Made by a program: the position numbers and the translations under genes
Origin: an uncultured Spirochaetales bacterium
Lineage (GTDB): Bacteria > Spirochaetota > Spirochaetia > CAYLLE01
DNA length: 64,000 nucleotides
Reading direction: 5' to 3'
Assembly (NCBI GenBank): GCA_964618265.1
Contig: CAZUAE010000014.1
Coordinates: 4 to 64,003, forward strand
Shown here: in pieces, positions 48,510-58,328 of the stretch
How the letters are laid out: each line of letters opens with the position of its first letter
Position numbering within the stretch: the first letter of the stretch is position 1
Notes under the pieces: model-generated
Databases searched by the model: none
Seen by the model: only the letters and a program-made list of their open reading frames with translations
What the model was told of the DNA's origin: nothing

Positions 48510-50477
48510 TTAGAGAAGGGCGACAGGATCTATGTCAGCCTCAATGTATACTCCCCCTTTTGCAGGGAAGTTTTTATAAATAGAATACAGAATACCGTGG
48601 GTCTTTCCAAAAGAATGGGAAATAACAATTATATGGTTCCGGTGTTTTCCCGCAATGAAATTTAAAGGACATTCTACTGGACCCAAGAGAAAATCCTCAG
48701 ACGGCAGCGCGTTTCGACATTCCGCCGCAAAAAGTGATCCTGATTTAAGCACCTTTTTATAATCCTTTCCTCTAAATACAAAACGGAACAGACGGGAAAA
48801 GGGAGGAAAGTCAAGTTCCCGACGGGTTTCCAGCTCCCTAAGATAAAACTCGCTTGCTTCTCCGGTAGCTGCATACCGAACAGCATCATATTCCGGGCGG
48901 AAAGTCTGCACAACTACTTTCCCGTCAGGATGGTACCTTCCAGCCCTGCCTGCCACCTGGACTATCAGAGAATAGGTTCGTTCAGAAGCCCTGAAATCCG
49001 GAAGCTGAAGTCCGGTATCCGCCATGACAATACCAACCAATTTAACACCGGGAAAATTGAGCCCCTTAGCTACCATTTGAGTTCCTACTAATATATCGAT
49101 TCTGCCCTTTTTAAACTCATTTATCTTCTTTTCTAAGGCGCCTTTTTTTCTCACGGCATCGGTATCGATTCTGCAGATGTTATATTCAGGAAAAATACTC
49201 TCTAATTCTTCCTCTATTTTTTCGGTTCCAAATCCGGAATACCCTACATCCAACGATCCGCATTCCGGACAAATTTCTATCGGGCTTTTGCGGTATCCAC
49301 AGTAATGGCATAACATTTCTCCCCTCTTCTTATGATAGGTTAGACTTACAGAGCAGCGGGAACACTTCATCTGATATCCACAGCTTCTGCAGTGAAAAAA
49401 GTAAGAAAAACCGCGGCGGTTCAGAAATAGTATAACCTGCCGTTTCTCTTCAAGGGTTCTCTTCATCTCTCTCAAAAGTGTATCGGAAAGCACGCTTGTT
49501 TTACCCGTCATATCAACACGAACAAGTTCCGGTATCCCGCCGCCGGCAACTCGAGTGGTAAGGGCATGTCCTTTAATACGGCCTTCCTTCATAAGGAGAT
49601 ATCCCTCTACAGATGGAGTAGCGCTTCCCATAATAAGCAGCGCGCCGGTTTCAGCACACCGTTTCATAGCCACCTGTCTTGCATGGTAACGGGGAGAAGC
49701 TGAAGATTTGTAAGCACCTTCATGCTCTTCGTCCAGGATGATCATCCCCAGATTTTTAAGCGGTGCAAAAACAGCACTCCTGGCACCGATGACCAAAGGT
49801 GCTTCACCCTTTAAGATTTTTTTCCACTCCGATAATTTCTGTGAAGGAGTAAGTCTCGAATGGAGTACAGCGGCAGATACAGAAAATCTCGCTTTTATTG
49901 CAGATACAATCTGCTGGGTAAGGGCAATTTCAGGAACAAGATAGATAACAGTTTTCCCTTCGTTAAGCATTTTACCCGCAATTTGTAAAAAGACTTCCGT
50001 TTTACCGGATCCTGTAACTCCATGCAGGTAATGCATTCCTTTAGGGTTATCAGCAATTTCTTTAATCGCTTTTTCTTGTTCGTCACTCAGTTGTTTGGGA
50101 GTCTTTTCAGGAACATCTTCCTCCACCAGGAGCGAAGGCGGTTCCGTTTCTTTCTTCCCTCCGGGTAACATGGAAAAGAGCGACTCACCAAGCGAAGAAA
50201 AATACATATGGGCAGTCCACTTTGCCAGCTTTAGGTATTCAGAGTCGAATAACGGCTCGGAATCTACAAAACGCTCAATGCTTTTAAGTTCTCTCACCTC
50301 CGGCGGAGGCACAGAGGCGGTGCCCACTACAAAACCAATTAATTTTCTTGAGCCGAAAGGGGCAGCTACCCGGTATCCCATCGGGAATTCCGGGGATTTC
50401 TCCGGCGCTTTGTAGGAAAATGTTCCGGCGACCGGTAAATTAAAGACTACGTCAAGGTAAAAAGGCTTACTACTCAT
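48510..50477 (-). CDS. priA: Primosomal protein N' (replication restart helicase)
   Basis: Walker A GVTGSGKTEV, DEAH-like DEEHE, zinc-binding Cys cluster CRSCGYQMKCSRC...CHYCGY...CPECGS. Confidence 0.9.
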   Translation of the reverse strand: MSSKPFYLDVVFNLPVAGTFSYKAPEKSPEFPMGYRVAAPFGSRKLIGFVVGTASVPPPEVRELKSIERFVDSEPLFDSEYLKLAKWTAHMYFSSLGESLFSMLPGGKKETEPPSLLVEEDVPEKTPKQLSDEQEKAIKEIADNPKGMHYLHGVTGSGKTEVFLQIAGKMLNEGKTVIYLVPEIALTQQIVSAIKARFSVSAAVLHSRLTPSQKLSEWKKILKGEAPLVIGARSAVFAPLKNLGMIILDEEHEGAYKSSASPRYHARQVAMKRCAETGALLIMGSATPSVEGYLLMKEGRIKGHALTTRVAGGGIPELVRVDMTGKTSVLSDTLLREMKRTLEEKRQVILFLNRRGFSYFFHCRSCGYQMKCSRCSVSLTYHKKRGEMLCHYCGYRKSPIEICPECGSLDVGYSGFGTEKIEEELESIFPEYNICRIDTDAVRKKGALEKKINEFKKGRIDILVGTQMVAKGLNFPGVKLVGIVMADTGLQLPDFRASERTYSLIVQVAGRAGRYHPDGKVVVQTFRPEYDAVRYAATGEASEFYLRELETRRELDFPPFSRLFRFVFRGKDYKKVLKSGSLFAAECRNALPSEDFLLGPVECPLNFIAGKHRNHIIVISHSFGKTHGILYSIYKNFPAKGGVYIEADIDPVALL

Positions 50478-51180
50478 CGAGGGTTTTCCGGAGTAACTTC
50501 AAATCTTCCCAGACCTGTCTCTTTAGTTCAGCGTTCCGGAGCACGGCACTCGGATGATAAGTCGCAATCAGAGGTATACCCTTAAACAAATGCACTCGGC
50601 CCCGTTGTTTCCCAATTCCAGCAGCATTATTTAACAGTACCTGCGTAGCAATGCGTCCGAGTGTTAATATAGCTTTAGGCTTTATATAAAAAATCTGCTG
50701 TTCCAGGTAAGGCATACATTGTTCAACTTCATTGGGTTTAGGATCTCTGTTATTCGGCGGTCTGCATTTTACGATATTGCCGATATAGACGTTTGAAAAA
50801 CGGGACAGATCGATTGCATCTAGCCATTTATCAAGAAACTGTCCAGCCTTCCCGACAAAGGGTAATCCTTGCTTGTCTTCATCACCGCCGGGCCCCTCAC
50901 CTATAACCATCACTTCAGGATTCATAACTCCCATTCCGGGAACTGTTGAGTTTCTGGTTTCATGTAGAGGACATTTTTTACATACAGATATTTTATCATT
51001 AAGCTTTTTAAGCAAAACTTCTTTTTCAGTCCCGTCCTTGAGGCTCTCCTGAATTTCTCTGCCCCCGCTTTGCTTCTTCCGCGCAAGCGGATCATGCTTT
51101 CTCTTAAAACCTTGACTCACATAATCTTCAACATCGTTTAATAAATCCCAAAATCGCTGCTTTAACTCTTTACTCATCAT
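50470..51180 (-). CDS. Uracil-DNA glycosylase, family 4 (Fe-S type)
   Basis: CKKCPLHETRN...GEGPGGDED...PFVGKAGQ pattern. Confidence 0.75.
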   Translation of the reverse strand: MMSKELKQRFWDLLNDVEDYVSQGFKRKHDPLARKKQSGGREIQESLKDGTEKEVLLKKLNDKISVCKKCPLHETRNSTVPGMGVMNPEVMVIGEGPGGDEDKQGLPFVGKAGQFLDKWLDAIDLSRFSNVYIGNIVKCRPPNNRDPKPNEVEQCMPYLEQQIFYIKPKAILTLGRIATQVLLNNAAGIGKQRGRVHLFKGIPLIATYHPSAVLRNAELKRQVWEDLKLLRKTLDE

Positions 51181-51919
51181 AATCTACCTTATAAAGAAAT
51201 AATCCCATGGGAGGAGCAGGGCTATAGGAATATTGATTATCCCGCAGCTCAAGACGTTCTTTAAATATATCAGGATCTTTATTTTCTAAAACCACTCCTA
51301 CCATCGTTCCTACTAAGGCTCGTACCATTCGGCGAAGAAACCCATGACCTTTTATACGAAATACAACAAAGGAAGAATCAGGATAAAAAGCGGCTGAAGA
51401 AATATTCCGGACCAACGATAAACCTGGTTCCGGTTTAAAGGCAAAAGTCGAAAAATCGTGTTCTCCGGGAATTTGCGCGGCCATCCGGTTAAGCTTTAAT
51501 AGATCCGGTGCATAGCTGTTAACCCTCCATGATAATCTGCTGTAAAAAGGATTCGGTCTGGAGGAAAAATATAAATAGTAGCGGTATTCACGGGATTTAG
51601 CACTGTAGCGCGCACTAAAATCGTTAGATACCTCATCGCTTGAAACTGCTTTTATATCGGAAGGCATATAACTGTTTAGAGCAATCCAATACCTTGATGC
51701 GGGTATTGAATCAATATCGGTAAAAAAATTTATAACCTGTCCGCAAGCATGAACTCCTGTGTCGGTTCTACCCGCGCCTGTAACTTTTACCGGATGCCGA
51801 TGCATCGTCTCTAGAGAATTCGTTATCTCTCCCTGGACTGTTCTTCCCCGTTTCTGTACCTGCCATCCTAGAAAATCGGTTCCATCGTAGGAGATTACCA
51901 TACGTATATTTCTCAGCAT
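51170..51919 (-). CDS. truA: tRNA pseudouridine(38-40) synthase
   Basis: YDGTDFLGWQVQ N-terminal motif and catalytic RTD (GAGRTDTGVHA). Confidence 0.85.
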   Translation of the reverse strand: MLRNIRMVISYDGTDFLGWQVQKRGRTVQGEITNSLETMHRHPVKVTGAGRTDTGVHACGQVINFFTDIDSIPASRYWIALNSYMPSDIKAVSSDEVSNDFSARYSAKSREYRYYLYFSSRPNPFYSRLSWRVNSYAPDLLKLNRMAAQIPGEHDFSTFAFKPEPGLSLVRNISSAAFYPDSSFVVFRIKGHGFLRRMVRALVGTMVGVVLENKDPDIFKERLELRDNQYSYSPAPPMGLFLYKVDYDE

Positions 51920-51922
51920 AAC

Positions 51923-52789
51923 TCATCCGATTTCCTCTGGGACTTCTATTCCCATTTCTTTAGCTATTTCTTCATACACATCCCGTGCATTATCTAATAA
52001 TACAACGGGTTTATCTTTCGATGCCCTTCCCATACCAAATATCTTTGCTATAGTCCTCTTTGCCCGGTCTAAAGCCACCTGTCTCTTTTTGGGATCTTGC
52101 TTTGGGCCGTATTTATATTCCAAATAACCGGCAATATAGAGAACACCGTCATAACCGTAATCCTTGTCCAAATCAGGACCGAGGTGTTTTGCCCCGCCTA
52201 TTCCTTCAACTCCCTTTTGTTCGCTTTCCACCGCCAAATTATAAAAGAAACGGGCTTTCCTATAAAATATCTTTGATAAGTAATCGTAATTTTCGTTGGG
52301 CTTTTTCCGATGCAGGTCCTTCGATAACCAAGCAGCCCTTATAGCTGATAATCCCTGCTTGATGGTGGGAGAAAATTCAGGAGGAAATAGATCGTAACAC
52401 ATAATGGCAAAGAAATAACTCGCGCATCCCTCCTCGATCCCCCTAGGTTCTGTATAATCCAGTACAGGAAAAATGGATTGGACACTTTCCATGCGTCTTG
52501 TGGTATCTTCAGAAATTTTATCTCTGCTTGGTCCCGGTAATTCCAAAAAATCTTTTTGATAAGCGGCATAATAACAGTTCGGGCAAACCGTTACCGGATA
52601 ATTCAAAGGAAACACCTCGCCATATTTTTTTGACGGGAGATACTGTCTTCTAAATTCATGAGTCAGCTCGCCTGCAATCAGCCGTCCCCGTCCGGTACGC
52701 AGCTCTTCACGATAAAATGATCCGGTACAAACGGGACATTCAATTGGGTCTTTAGAAAAAAATGTAAGGGTACTACCTTTATCGGCCAT
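51923..52789 (-). CDS. DUF2225 family protein (N-terminal zinc ribbon, TPR-like C-terminus)
   Basis: CPVCTGSF...CPNCYYAAYQKDF pattern characteristic of DUF2225. Confidence 0.55.
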   Translation of the reverse strand: MADKGSTLTFFSKDPIECPVCTGSFYREELRTGRGRLIAGELTHEFRRQYLPSKKYGEVFPLNYPVTVCPNCYYAAYQKDFLELPGPSRDKISEDTTRRMESVQSIFPVLDYTEPRGIEEGCASYFFAIMCYDLFPPEFSPTIKQGLSAIRAAWLSKDLHRKKPNENYDYLSKIFYRKARFFYNLAVESEQKGVEGIGGAKHLGPDLDKDYGYDGVLYIAGYLEYKYGPKQDPKKRQVALDRAKRTIAKIFGMGRASKDKPVVLLDNARDVYEEIAKEMGIEVPEEIG

Positions 52790-52804
52790 GTTATATAAAG
52801 CAGT

Positions 52805-53185
52805 CTAATCCGGATCGCCTTCAATGACAACCATGGCTATGGCATTATCTTTTTCATGGGCTAGGGAACAGTGGATTTTCGTTCCCCCTACTCGATGGAA
52901 GATTTCTAACGCTTTTCCATGAAGAACAATTATCGGCTTTCCGAACGTATCATTCTTAACCTGAATTTCCTTCAGTTTAACCCCCCGTAATCCAATTCCT
53001 ACCGCTTTCCCGAGAGCTTCCTTTGCGGCGAATCGATTGGCAAGGGACTGTACAGCTCCTTCTCTTCTAGCAAGAGCAGTTTCCAATTCCTCCGGATGAA
53101 AGTACCGTCTTAATAGTTTTTGATTTTCTTTCCAAGCAGCAAATCTAGGAACTTGTACAACATCAATCCCGATACCAAGAATCAT
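52805..53185 (-). CDS. acpS: Holo-[acyl-carrier-protein] synthase
   Basis: MILGIGIDVVQVPRF N-terminus. 126 aa. Confidence 0.8.
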   Translation of the reverse strand: MILGIGIDVVQVPRFAAWKENQKLLRRYFHPEELETALARREGAVQSLANRFAAKEALGKAVGIGLRGVKLKEIQVKNDTFGKPIIVLHGKALEIFHRVGGTKIHCSLAHEKDNAIAMVVIEGDPD

Positions 53186-54144
53186 TCCGCTTCTTCCCTA
53201 AGTTCAACGGTCACTTCAATCTCTCTGGGTTCGAAATCCAGTACTGATAAATCGTCAGGTACTATTGGACTAACCTGAAGCGTATATGTTCCCGGTTCTT
53301 CTGCGTCAGACGCATCAACGGTCAATAGTATTTCATCCATGGAGAAACGATTCATAGCCCTTTGCCCGCCTTGTAATTGTATAAAACCGTTAGGAACAGG
53401 ATCGGCTATCCGTAATCCAGGTTCCAGATCTAAAATAGCAATATCAACCGAAGAAATCTCCTGTACCACAACTTTCTCTTCAATAATTCCCTGAAATTCT
53501 ACAACATTTCCTCCGGGAAAAGAGATAAATTCATTTGGAGAAATAATCCGGACGCGCACAGAGAAATCATCATTCCTCCCTGTAAGATCTATTTCTTCAG
53601 TTTTTACTTGCTGGATATTCATTACCCGGCTTCTCGGACCATTGGCCTCTACCGCCGAGGGATTCAAATAGTACCTTACTAAATTGTACCCGGGGGCCGG
53701 ATTTCCAGTGATATTAGGTACTACTTCTAAACTTTTCTGGATTTTTTCTTCCAGTTCTAAAGTGATGTTCTTAGGTTCCACTTGGATTTCTAAAGGCTCC
53801 ACCGTTTCAGCGTTTCCTGTTAAATCGATTTCAACCGGAGCCTTAAAAATCCCTTCACTCTTGTACTCCGAAAAATCAACGCCGGCATACAGGTCCTCTT
53901 CGAAAATTTGAAAAATTCCATCTTCGTCGCCCCGCAATCTCACTCTAATTCTTTCCGTATGCCGGGTACTGAGAACATAATTATCATTTACAATGATGTC
54001 TAGAGGTACACTAAGATACCGCTCTTCCATCCTATTTATGTTATTGAGAAAAAAAAGAACAACTGCACCTGCAAGGGCTAAAATTTTTACCGGCCAGTTG
54101 GAAAACAAATTGCGGAAGACCTTTTTACTCTTCAAAGAGGGCAA
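53182..54144 (-). CDS. cdaR: YbbR-like domain protein (CdaA regulator CdaR)
   Basis: N-terminal TM helix, then repeated YbbR-like beta-rich segments. Immediately downstream of cdaA and overlapping it. Confidence 0.6.
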   Translation of the reverse strand: MPSLKSKKVFRNLFSNWPVKILALAGAVVLFFLNNINRMEERYLSVPLDIIVNDNYVLSTRHTERIRVRLRGDEDGIFQIFEEDLYAGVDFSEYKSEGIFKAPVEIDLTGNAETVEPLEIQVEPKNITLELEEKIQKSLEVVPNITGNPAPGYNLVRYYLNPSAVEANGPRSRVMNIQQVKTEEIDLTGRNDDFSVRVRIISPNEFISFPGGNVVEFQGIIEEKVVVQEISSVDIAILDLEPGLRIADPVPNGFIQLQGGQRAMNRFSMDEILLTVDASDAEEPGTYTLQVSPIVPDDLSVLDFEPREIEVTVELREEAE

Positions 54145-54928
54145 CCTCCTCTTCCTTTACCGGTTCAGTTGTATTTAATTTCTCTCTAAGCCGATTCTTT
54201 ACTTCCCGGGCTGCCACATCATAGTAAAGATTGGACTCATACGCCAGGGAAACCGCTCCTGTCTCTTCTGAAACGACCAAGACGACGGCATCGGTCTCTT
54301 CGGCCAGTCCTAAAGCCGCCCTGTGCCGGGTACCAAAACTTCTTCTTATATCCAATTGCTCGGAAAGAGGAAGAAAACATCCGGCGGCAACCACCTTTCC
54401 AGCATCTATTACCACGGCACCGTCATGCAGAGTCGTATCGTATCCAAAAATGGTGAGAATTAAACCCGATGATAAATCGGCGTTTAACCTTGTGCCGGTA
54501 TCTATTATATTTTTTAAGCCTACAGACCGTTTAAAAACAATCAGGGCACCCCTTCTTCGCGAGGAGAGTATATCCACAGCATTTAACACTGCATCTAACT
54601 GAAATGATTTAGCCCGTTGACCAATCCTGAACCACTCACCTTGTCCAATACGGGTGAATATCCGCCGTAATTCAGGCTGGAAGATAATTGCCATGGCTAT
54701 TACTATACTGGGTGCAAGAGTATTCATTATCCAGAGGAGGGTCTTTAAATTAAGCAGAAAGGCAGCACCGTAGACAAGGAGAATAAAGAATACACCCTTT
54801 ACTAGTTGAATTGCCTTTGTCTGTACCAGGATTTGATATCCCTTATATATTACAAAAGCAAGAATCAGTATATCCAATACGGGGATGATAAGTTCGCGGA
54901 ATAACCAAATGTCATTAAGAAAATCCAC
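54125..54928 (-). CDS. cdaA: Diadenylate cyclase (c-di-AMP synthase), membrane-anchored CdaA/DacA type
   Basis: Three N-terminal TM helices. DAC domain with DGAVVI and RHRAALGLAEETDAVVLVVSEETG motifs. Confidence 0.85.
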   Translation of the reverse strand: MDFLNDIWLFRELIIPVLDILILAFVIYKGYQILVQTKAIQLVKGVFFILLVYGAAFLLNLKTLLWIMNTLAPSIVIAMAIIFQPELRRIFTRIGQGEWFRIGQRAKSFQLDAVLNAVDILSSRRRGALIVFKRSVGLKNIIDTGTRLNADLSSGLILTIFGYDTTLHDGAVVIDAGKVVAAGCFLPLSEQLDIRRSFGTRHRAALGLAEETDAVVLVVSEETGAVSLAYESNLYYDVAAREVKNRLREKLNTTEPVKEEEVALFEE

Positions 54929-54934
54929 TCTGCC

Positions 54935-55780
54935 CTACTTTCCTGCCTCCTCCAAGGCTTTAATCATTCTGATACAATCAACAGTTTCTGCAACATCATG
55001 AACCCGGAGAATGTCTGCTCCATGCATCGCAGCGTATATATTGGCGGCTAATGTTCCGGCCAGCCTTTCCTCTGAAGACTTGCGGCCTAACACCGATTTA
55101 ATAAAAGACTTTCTAGAAAGGCCGATGATTACCGGGAAACCTAACTCCTTAAAAGAATCGGCACTCCCAATTATACGGAGATTATCAATCACCCTTTTAC
55201 CAAAACCTACTCCCGGATCGATTATAATACTCTCACGGGATATTCCCGCGGTTAAAGCAAAATCTATACGTTCCTGTAACTCATTCTTAATTTCTATGAT
55301 GGTATCCTTGTATGAAGGATTCTTCTGCATTGTCACAGGATTACCCCTCATGTGCATTAAAATAACCGGTATACCATTTCTTGCAGCGTATTGCGCCATC
55401 AGCGCGTCATCCCTGAGAGCAGATATATCATTTATGATATCCGCCCCTGCATCCATTGCCGCTTTAGCGGCATCACATTTTCTCGTATCGACAGAGATAG
55501 GGATATCCCAATGCTTACGGATCTCCTCGACAATTGGCCGCACCCTTTGTATTTCTTCGCGTAACACCACATAGCTGCTTCCCGGCCTAGTGGATTCACC
55601 TCCGATATCAATAACATCTACTCCTGCCCTAATCATTTTATCGGCAGCACTGCGTGCTTCATTTATATTAGGATATCTGCTATCAGAATGAAAAGAATCG
55701 GGTGTAGCATTGAGGATACCCATAATTAAAGGTTTTTCGCCGAATTCCAGAAATCTGTTCCGGGAGAGAGTTATCTTCAT
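54935..55780 (-). CDS. folP: Dihydropteroate synthase
   Basis: Pterin-binding domain pattern (MGILNATPDSFHSD, GADIIDIGGESTRPG, ILMHM). Confidence 0.85.
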   Translation of the reverse strand: MKITLSRNRFLEFGEKPLIMGILNATPDSFHSDSRYPNINEARSAADKMIRAGVDVIDIGGESTRPGSSYVVLREEIQRVRPIVEEIRKHWDIPISVDTRKCDAAKAAMDAGADIINDISALRDDALMAQYAARNGIPVILMHMRGNPVTMQKNPSYKDTIIEIKNELQERIDFALTAGISRESIIIDPGVGFGKRVIDNLRIIGSADSFKELGFPVIIGLSRKSFIKSVLGRKSSEERLAGTLAANIYAAMHGADILRVHDVAETVDCIRMIKALEEAGK

Positions 55781-55847
55781 TGGAATTAATATTAGCAGAA
55801 AAGCCGTATTAATACTATTCTGTGCGGGAATTGCCGGGTAATTACTT

Positions 55848-57752
55848 TTATGAACTGATTTTTCTAAGAATGTGAAATGAGCCTATTTTCTTTTTAGTAT
55901 CTATAACATCGTTACAGAGAGAGCCGCCGTCTAATCCGGCTTTTTGGATCAGTCTTTTGCGGGAAGCTTGACCGGGGAATTCTTTCTTAATCCCCCAATG
56001 TTTGTAAAGAACCGGTATATGCTCACGCTGGATAAAGGAGCCGATCATTTCTCCTATTCCTCCTGCGGATACACCATCCTCAAGAAGATATACCAATTTA
56101 TAACTGGACAGAATATCTAAAAGGTAATCCTCATCGATCGGTTCAATAAAACGGAGATTATATACATCTGCGGGAATTCCCTGTCTTCCCAATCGGTATG
56201 CGGCGTCCAGCAGTTCAGGAACCAACCCTCCCGTACCCGCAAGGAGAATATTGGAGTTATCTCTTATAGCAAATGCTCCTCTCCCTTCCACGAGGGGCTC
56301 CTGAAAAACTGATTGCCCGTCCAGACAATCATCTTTAGGATATCGAATCATAACGGGTCCCCGCATATTCAAGCTGTACTCTAACATCATACGAACTTCG
56401 TCCGTTGACGCCGGTGACAGCATGGTTATACCAGGGATTCCTCTAAAAAGAGCTATATCGAATATCCCCTGATGAGTAGCGCCGTCATTACCAACTAGTC
56501 CTGCCCTATCCAAGGCAAATATTACCGAATGGCCCGGTAAAGCGACATCATGTATTACTTGATCTACGGCTCGCTGCAGAAAGGTTGAGTAAATGGCTGC
56601 GACAGGTTTCAAACCTGCGGCAGCAAGCCCTGCGGCGAAGGTAACAGCATGCTGTTCGGTTATACCAACATCGTAAAATCTATCCGGAAAACGAGCTTTA
56701 AAGGGGGACAATCCTGTACCTTTGGCCATGGCGGCGGTAATGGCTACTATCTTATCATCCTTATCAGCAAAATCAATCATACTTTGAGAAAAAGCCTGGG
56801 TAAATGTCTTCTTTTCAGGATTGTCCACCTTCCCGTCTATAACAGAAAAGGAAGATATGCCATGAAAGGAAGTTGGATCATTCTCCGCGTAACTGTACCC
56901 ATGCCCTTTGATAGTACGGACATGAACGACAACGGGTCTTGCAACCTGCTTTATGTTTTTAAAAACGTTTATTAAGCTTTTTATATTGTGACCATCGATT
57001 GGACCAACATATTCGAAACCCAAATCCGAAAAGAGGTTTTCTTTAAATGCAACTGCCTTAACTGCCCGTTTGAAGCGTTCAATCATTCCTAGAAGTTCAG
57101 GACCGACTTTAGGAATGGTATTAACTAAAGAATCAAATCGGTCTCTAAATGTCTGATACATCTCGGTAGTTGTAAGACGTGACAGGTAAGAAGATATGGC
57201 TCCTACATTTCTGTTTATTGACATCTCGTTATCATTCAACACTACAACGAGATCCTTTTTTAAATGACCAGCATGATTCAGCCCTTCTAACGCAAGCCCC
57301 CCGCCGAGAGCACCATCACCAACGACGGCAACTACTTTTCCAGGTATGTTTTGAATTTTTTTCCCTTCTAAAATTCCCAATGCGGATGATATTGCCGTAG
57401 AAGCATGACCGGTTTCAATTAAATCATGGGTGCTTTCGTCCCGTTTGGGAAAACCTGACAATCCATTTTCAGTTCTAATAGAGCGGAAAAGATCTTTTCT
57501 TCCTGTGAGAATCTTATGGGTATAACACTGATGGCCCACATCCCAAATAAGTGCATCGGAAGGACTGTTAAAAACACGATGCAGAGCTATCGTTAACTCA
57601 ACAGCTCCAAGGTTTGATGCTAAATGGCCTCCGTTTTTGCTCACCACTTCAATAATCAGCTCTCTAACTTCATCTGCAAGCTGACAGAGAGATTCTTCTG
57701 GAATCTTTTTTAAATCATCAGATTTTAAGATGGAGGAAAGAACAGACGGCAT
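55848..57752 (-). CDS. dxs: 1-deoxy-D-xylulose-5-phosphate synthase
   Basis: TPP-binding GDG...N motif (VVGDGALGGGLALEGLNHAG...LNDNEMSI), GHQCYTHKILTGR, 634 aa. Confidence 0.9.
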   Translation of the reverse strand: MPSVLSSILKSDDLKKIPEESLCQLADEVRELIIEVVSKNGGHLASNLGAVELTIALHRVFNSPSDALIWDVGHQCYTHKILTGRKDLFRSIRTENGLSGFPKRDESTHDLIETGHASTAISSALGILEGKKIQNIPGKVVAVVGDGALGGGLALEGLNHAGHLKKDLVVVLNDNEMSINRNVGAISSYLSRLTTTEMYQTFRDRFDSLVNTIPKVGPELLGMIERFKRAVKAVAFKENLFSDLGFEYVGPIDGHNIKSLINVFKNIKQVARPVVVHVRTIKGHGYSYAENDPTSFHGISSFSVIDGKVDNPEKKTFTQAFSQSMIDFADKDDKIVAITAAMAKGTGLSPFKARFPDRFYDVGITEQHAVTFAAGLAAAGLKPVAAIYSTFLQRAVDQVIHDVALPGHSVIFALDRAGLVGNDGATHQGIFDIALFRGIPGITMLSPASTDEVRMMLEYSLNMRGPVMIRYPKDDCLDGQSVFQEPLVEGRGAFAIRDNSNILLAGTGGLVPELLDAAYRLGRQGIPADVYNLRFIEPIDEDYLLDILSSYKLVYLLEDGVSAGGIGEMIGSFIQREHIPVLYKHWGIKKEFPGQASRKRLIQKAGLDGGSLCNDVIDTKKKIGSFHILRKISS

Positions 57753-57814
57753 TTCTACATGAACCTTTTTACTTTTCCATAATAATATGGATTTAATGAA
57801 TTACTTAGGTAATT

Positions 57815-57841
57815 GAAAAATCCTGATTGGCTACAATCAGC
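57815..57841 (-). terminator. Candidate intrinsic terminator (minus strand) ~65 nt upstream of the dxs start
   Basis: On the minus strand: CTGATTG-tagc-CAATCAG hairpin (7 bp) followed by AUUUUUCAAUU. Read directly from the sequence. The stem is short and AT-rich, so the call is moderate. Confidence 0.35.
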
Positions 57842-58290
57842 CAGGGGTTCAGTATAGCTAATCATTTACAAAGTAAATAATTAGTTTTCCCGACCCGATA
57901 ACGGGGCTCTTGCAAAACATAAATTTGCAGGCACCGTACTTTAATAAATTTAGCACGTTTTTAGAAAAAAGCTATTTACTTTTCTTTTTATGCCGGTTTT
58001 TCCGTAACTTTTTTTTCCGCTTATGTGTGGAAATTTTTTTCCGTTTCCGTTTTCTTCCGCAAGGCACGTTATTTTACTCCTTATGCTAACATTTCCAATG
58101 ATATACCGTTAAACGTTATCTTACTTAAAGACAGCATTTATCTTTTTTATCCAATGCAATTAACTGTTCGGATACTAATAGGCAGGACCGACAGGTGAAG
58201 AAGGTCCGGAACCTTTCCGGGGTATCCCGGACAAGTATCCAATATAACTAATATCTTATGCTATAGTCAAGTAGTATACAGTAATTACCC

Positions 58291-58328
58291 GCAATTCTAA
58301 ATTTGTAATTTAGAATTGCCTTTTTACT
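58291..58328. repeat. Perfect 13-bp-arm palindrome GCAATTCTAAATT-tgt-AATTTAGAATTGC followed by CTTTTTACT (terminator-like on + strand, or operator)
   Basis: Read directly from the sequence. Same ATTCTAAAT/ATTTAGAAT core as the element at 35184. 84% identical over 38 nt to the element at 59651. Confidence 0.6.

Noticed and set aside
55011-55574. 187-aa plus-strand ORF antisense to folP
   Set aside because: It is a shadow ORF of folP with low-complexity Ser/Ile-rich composition.
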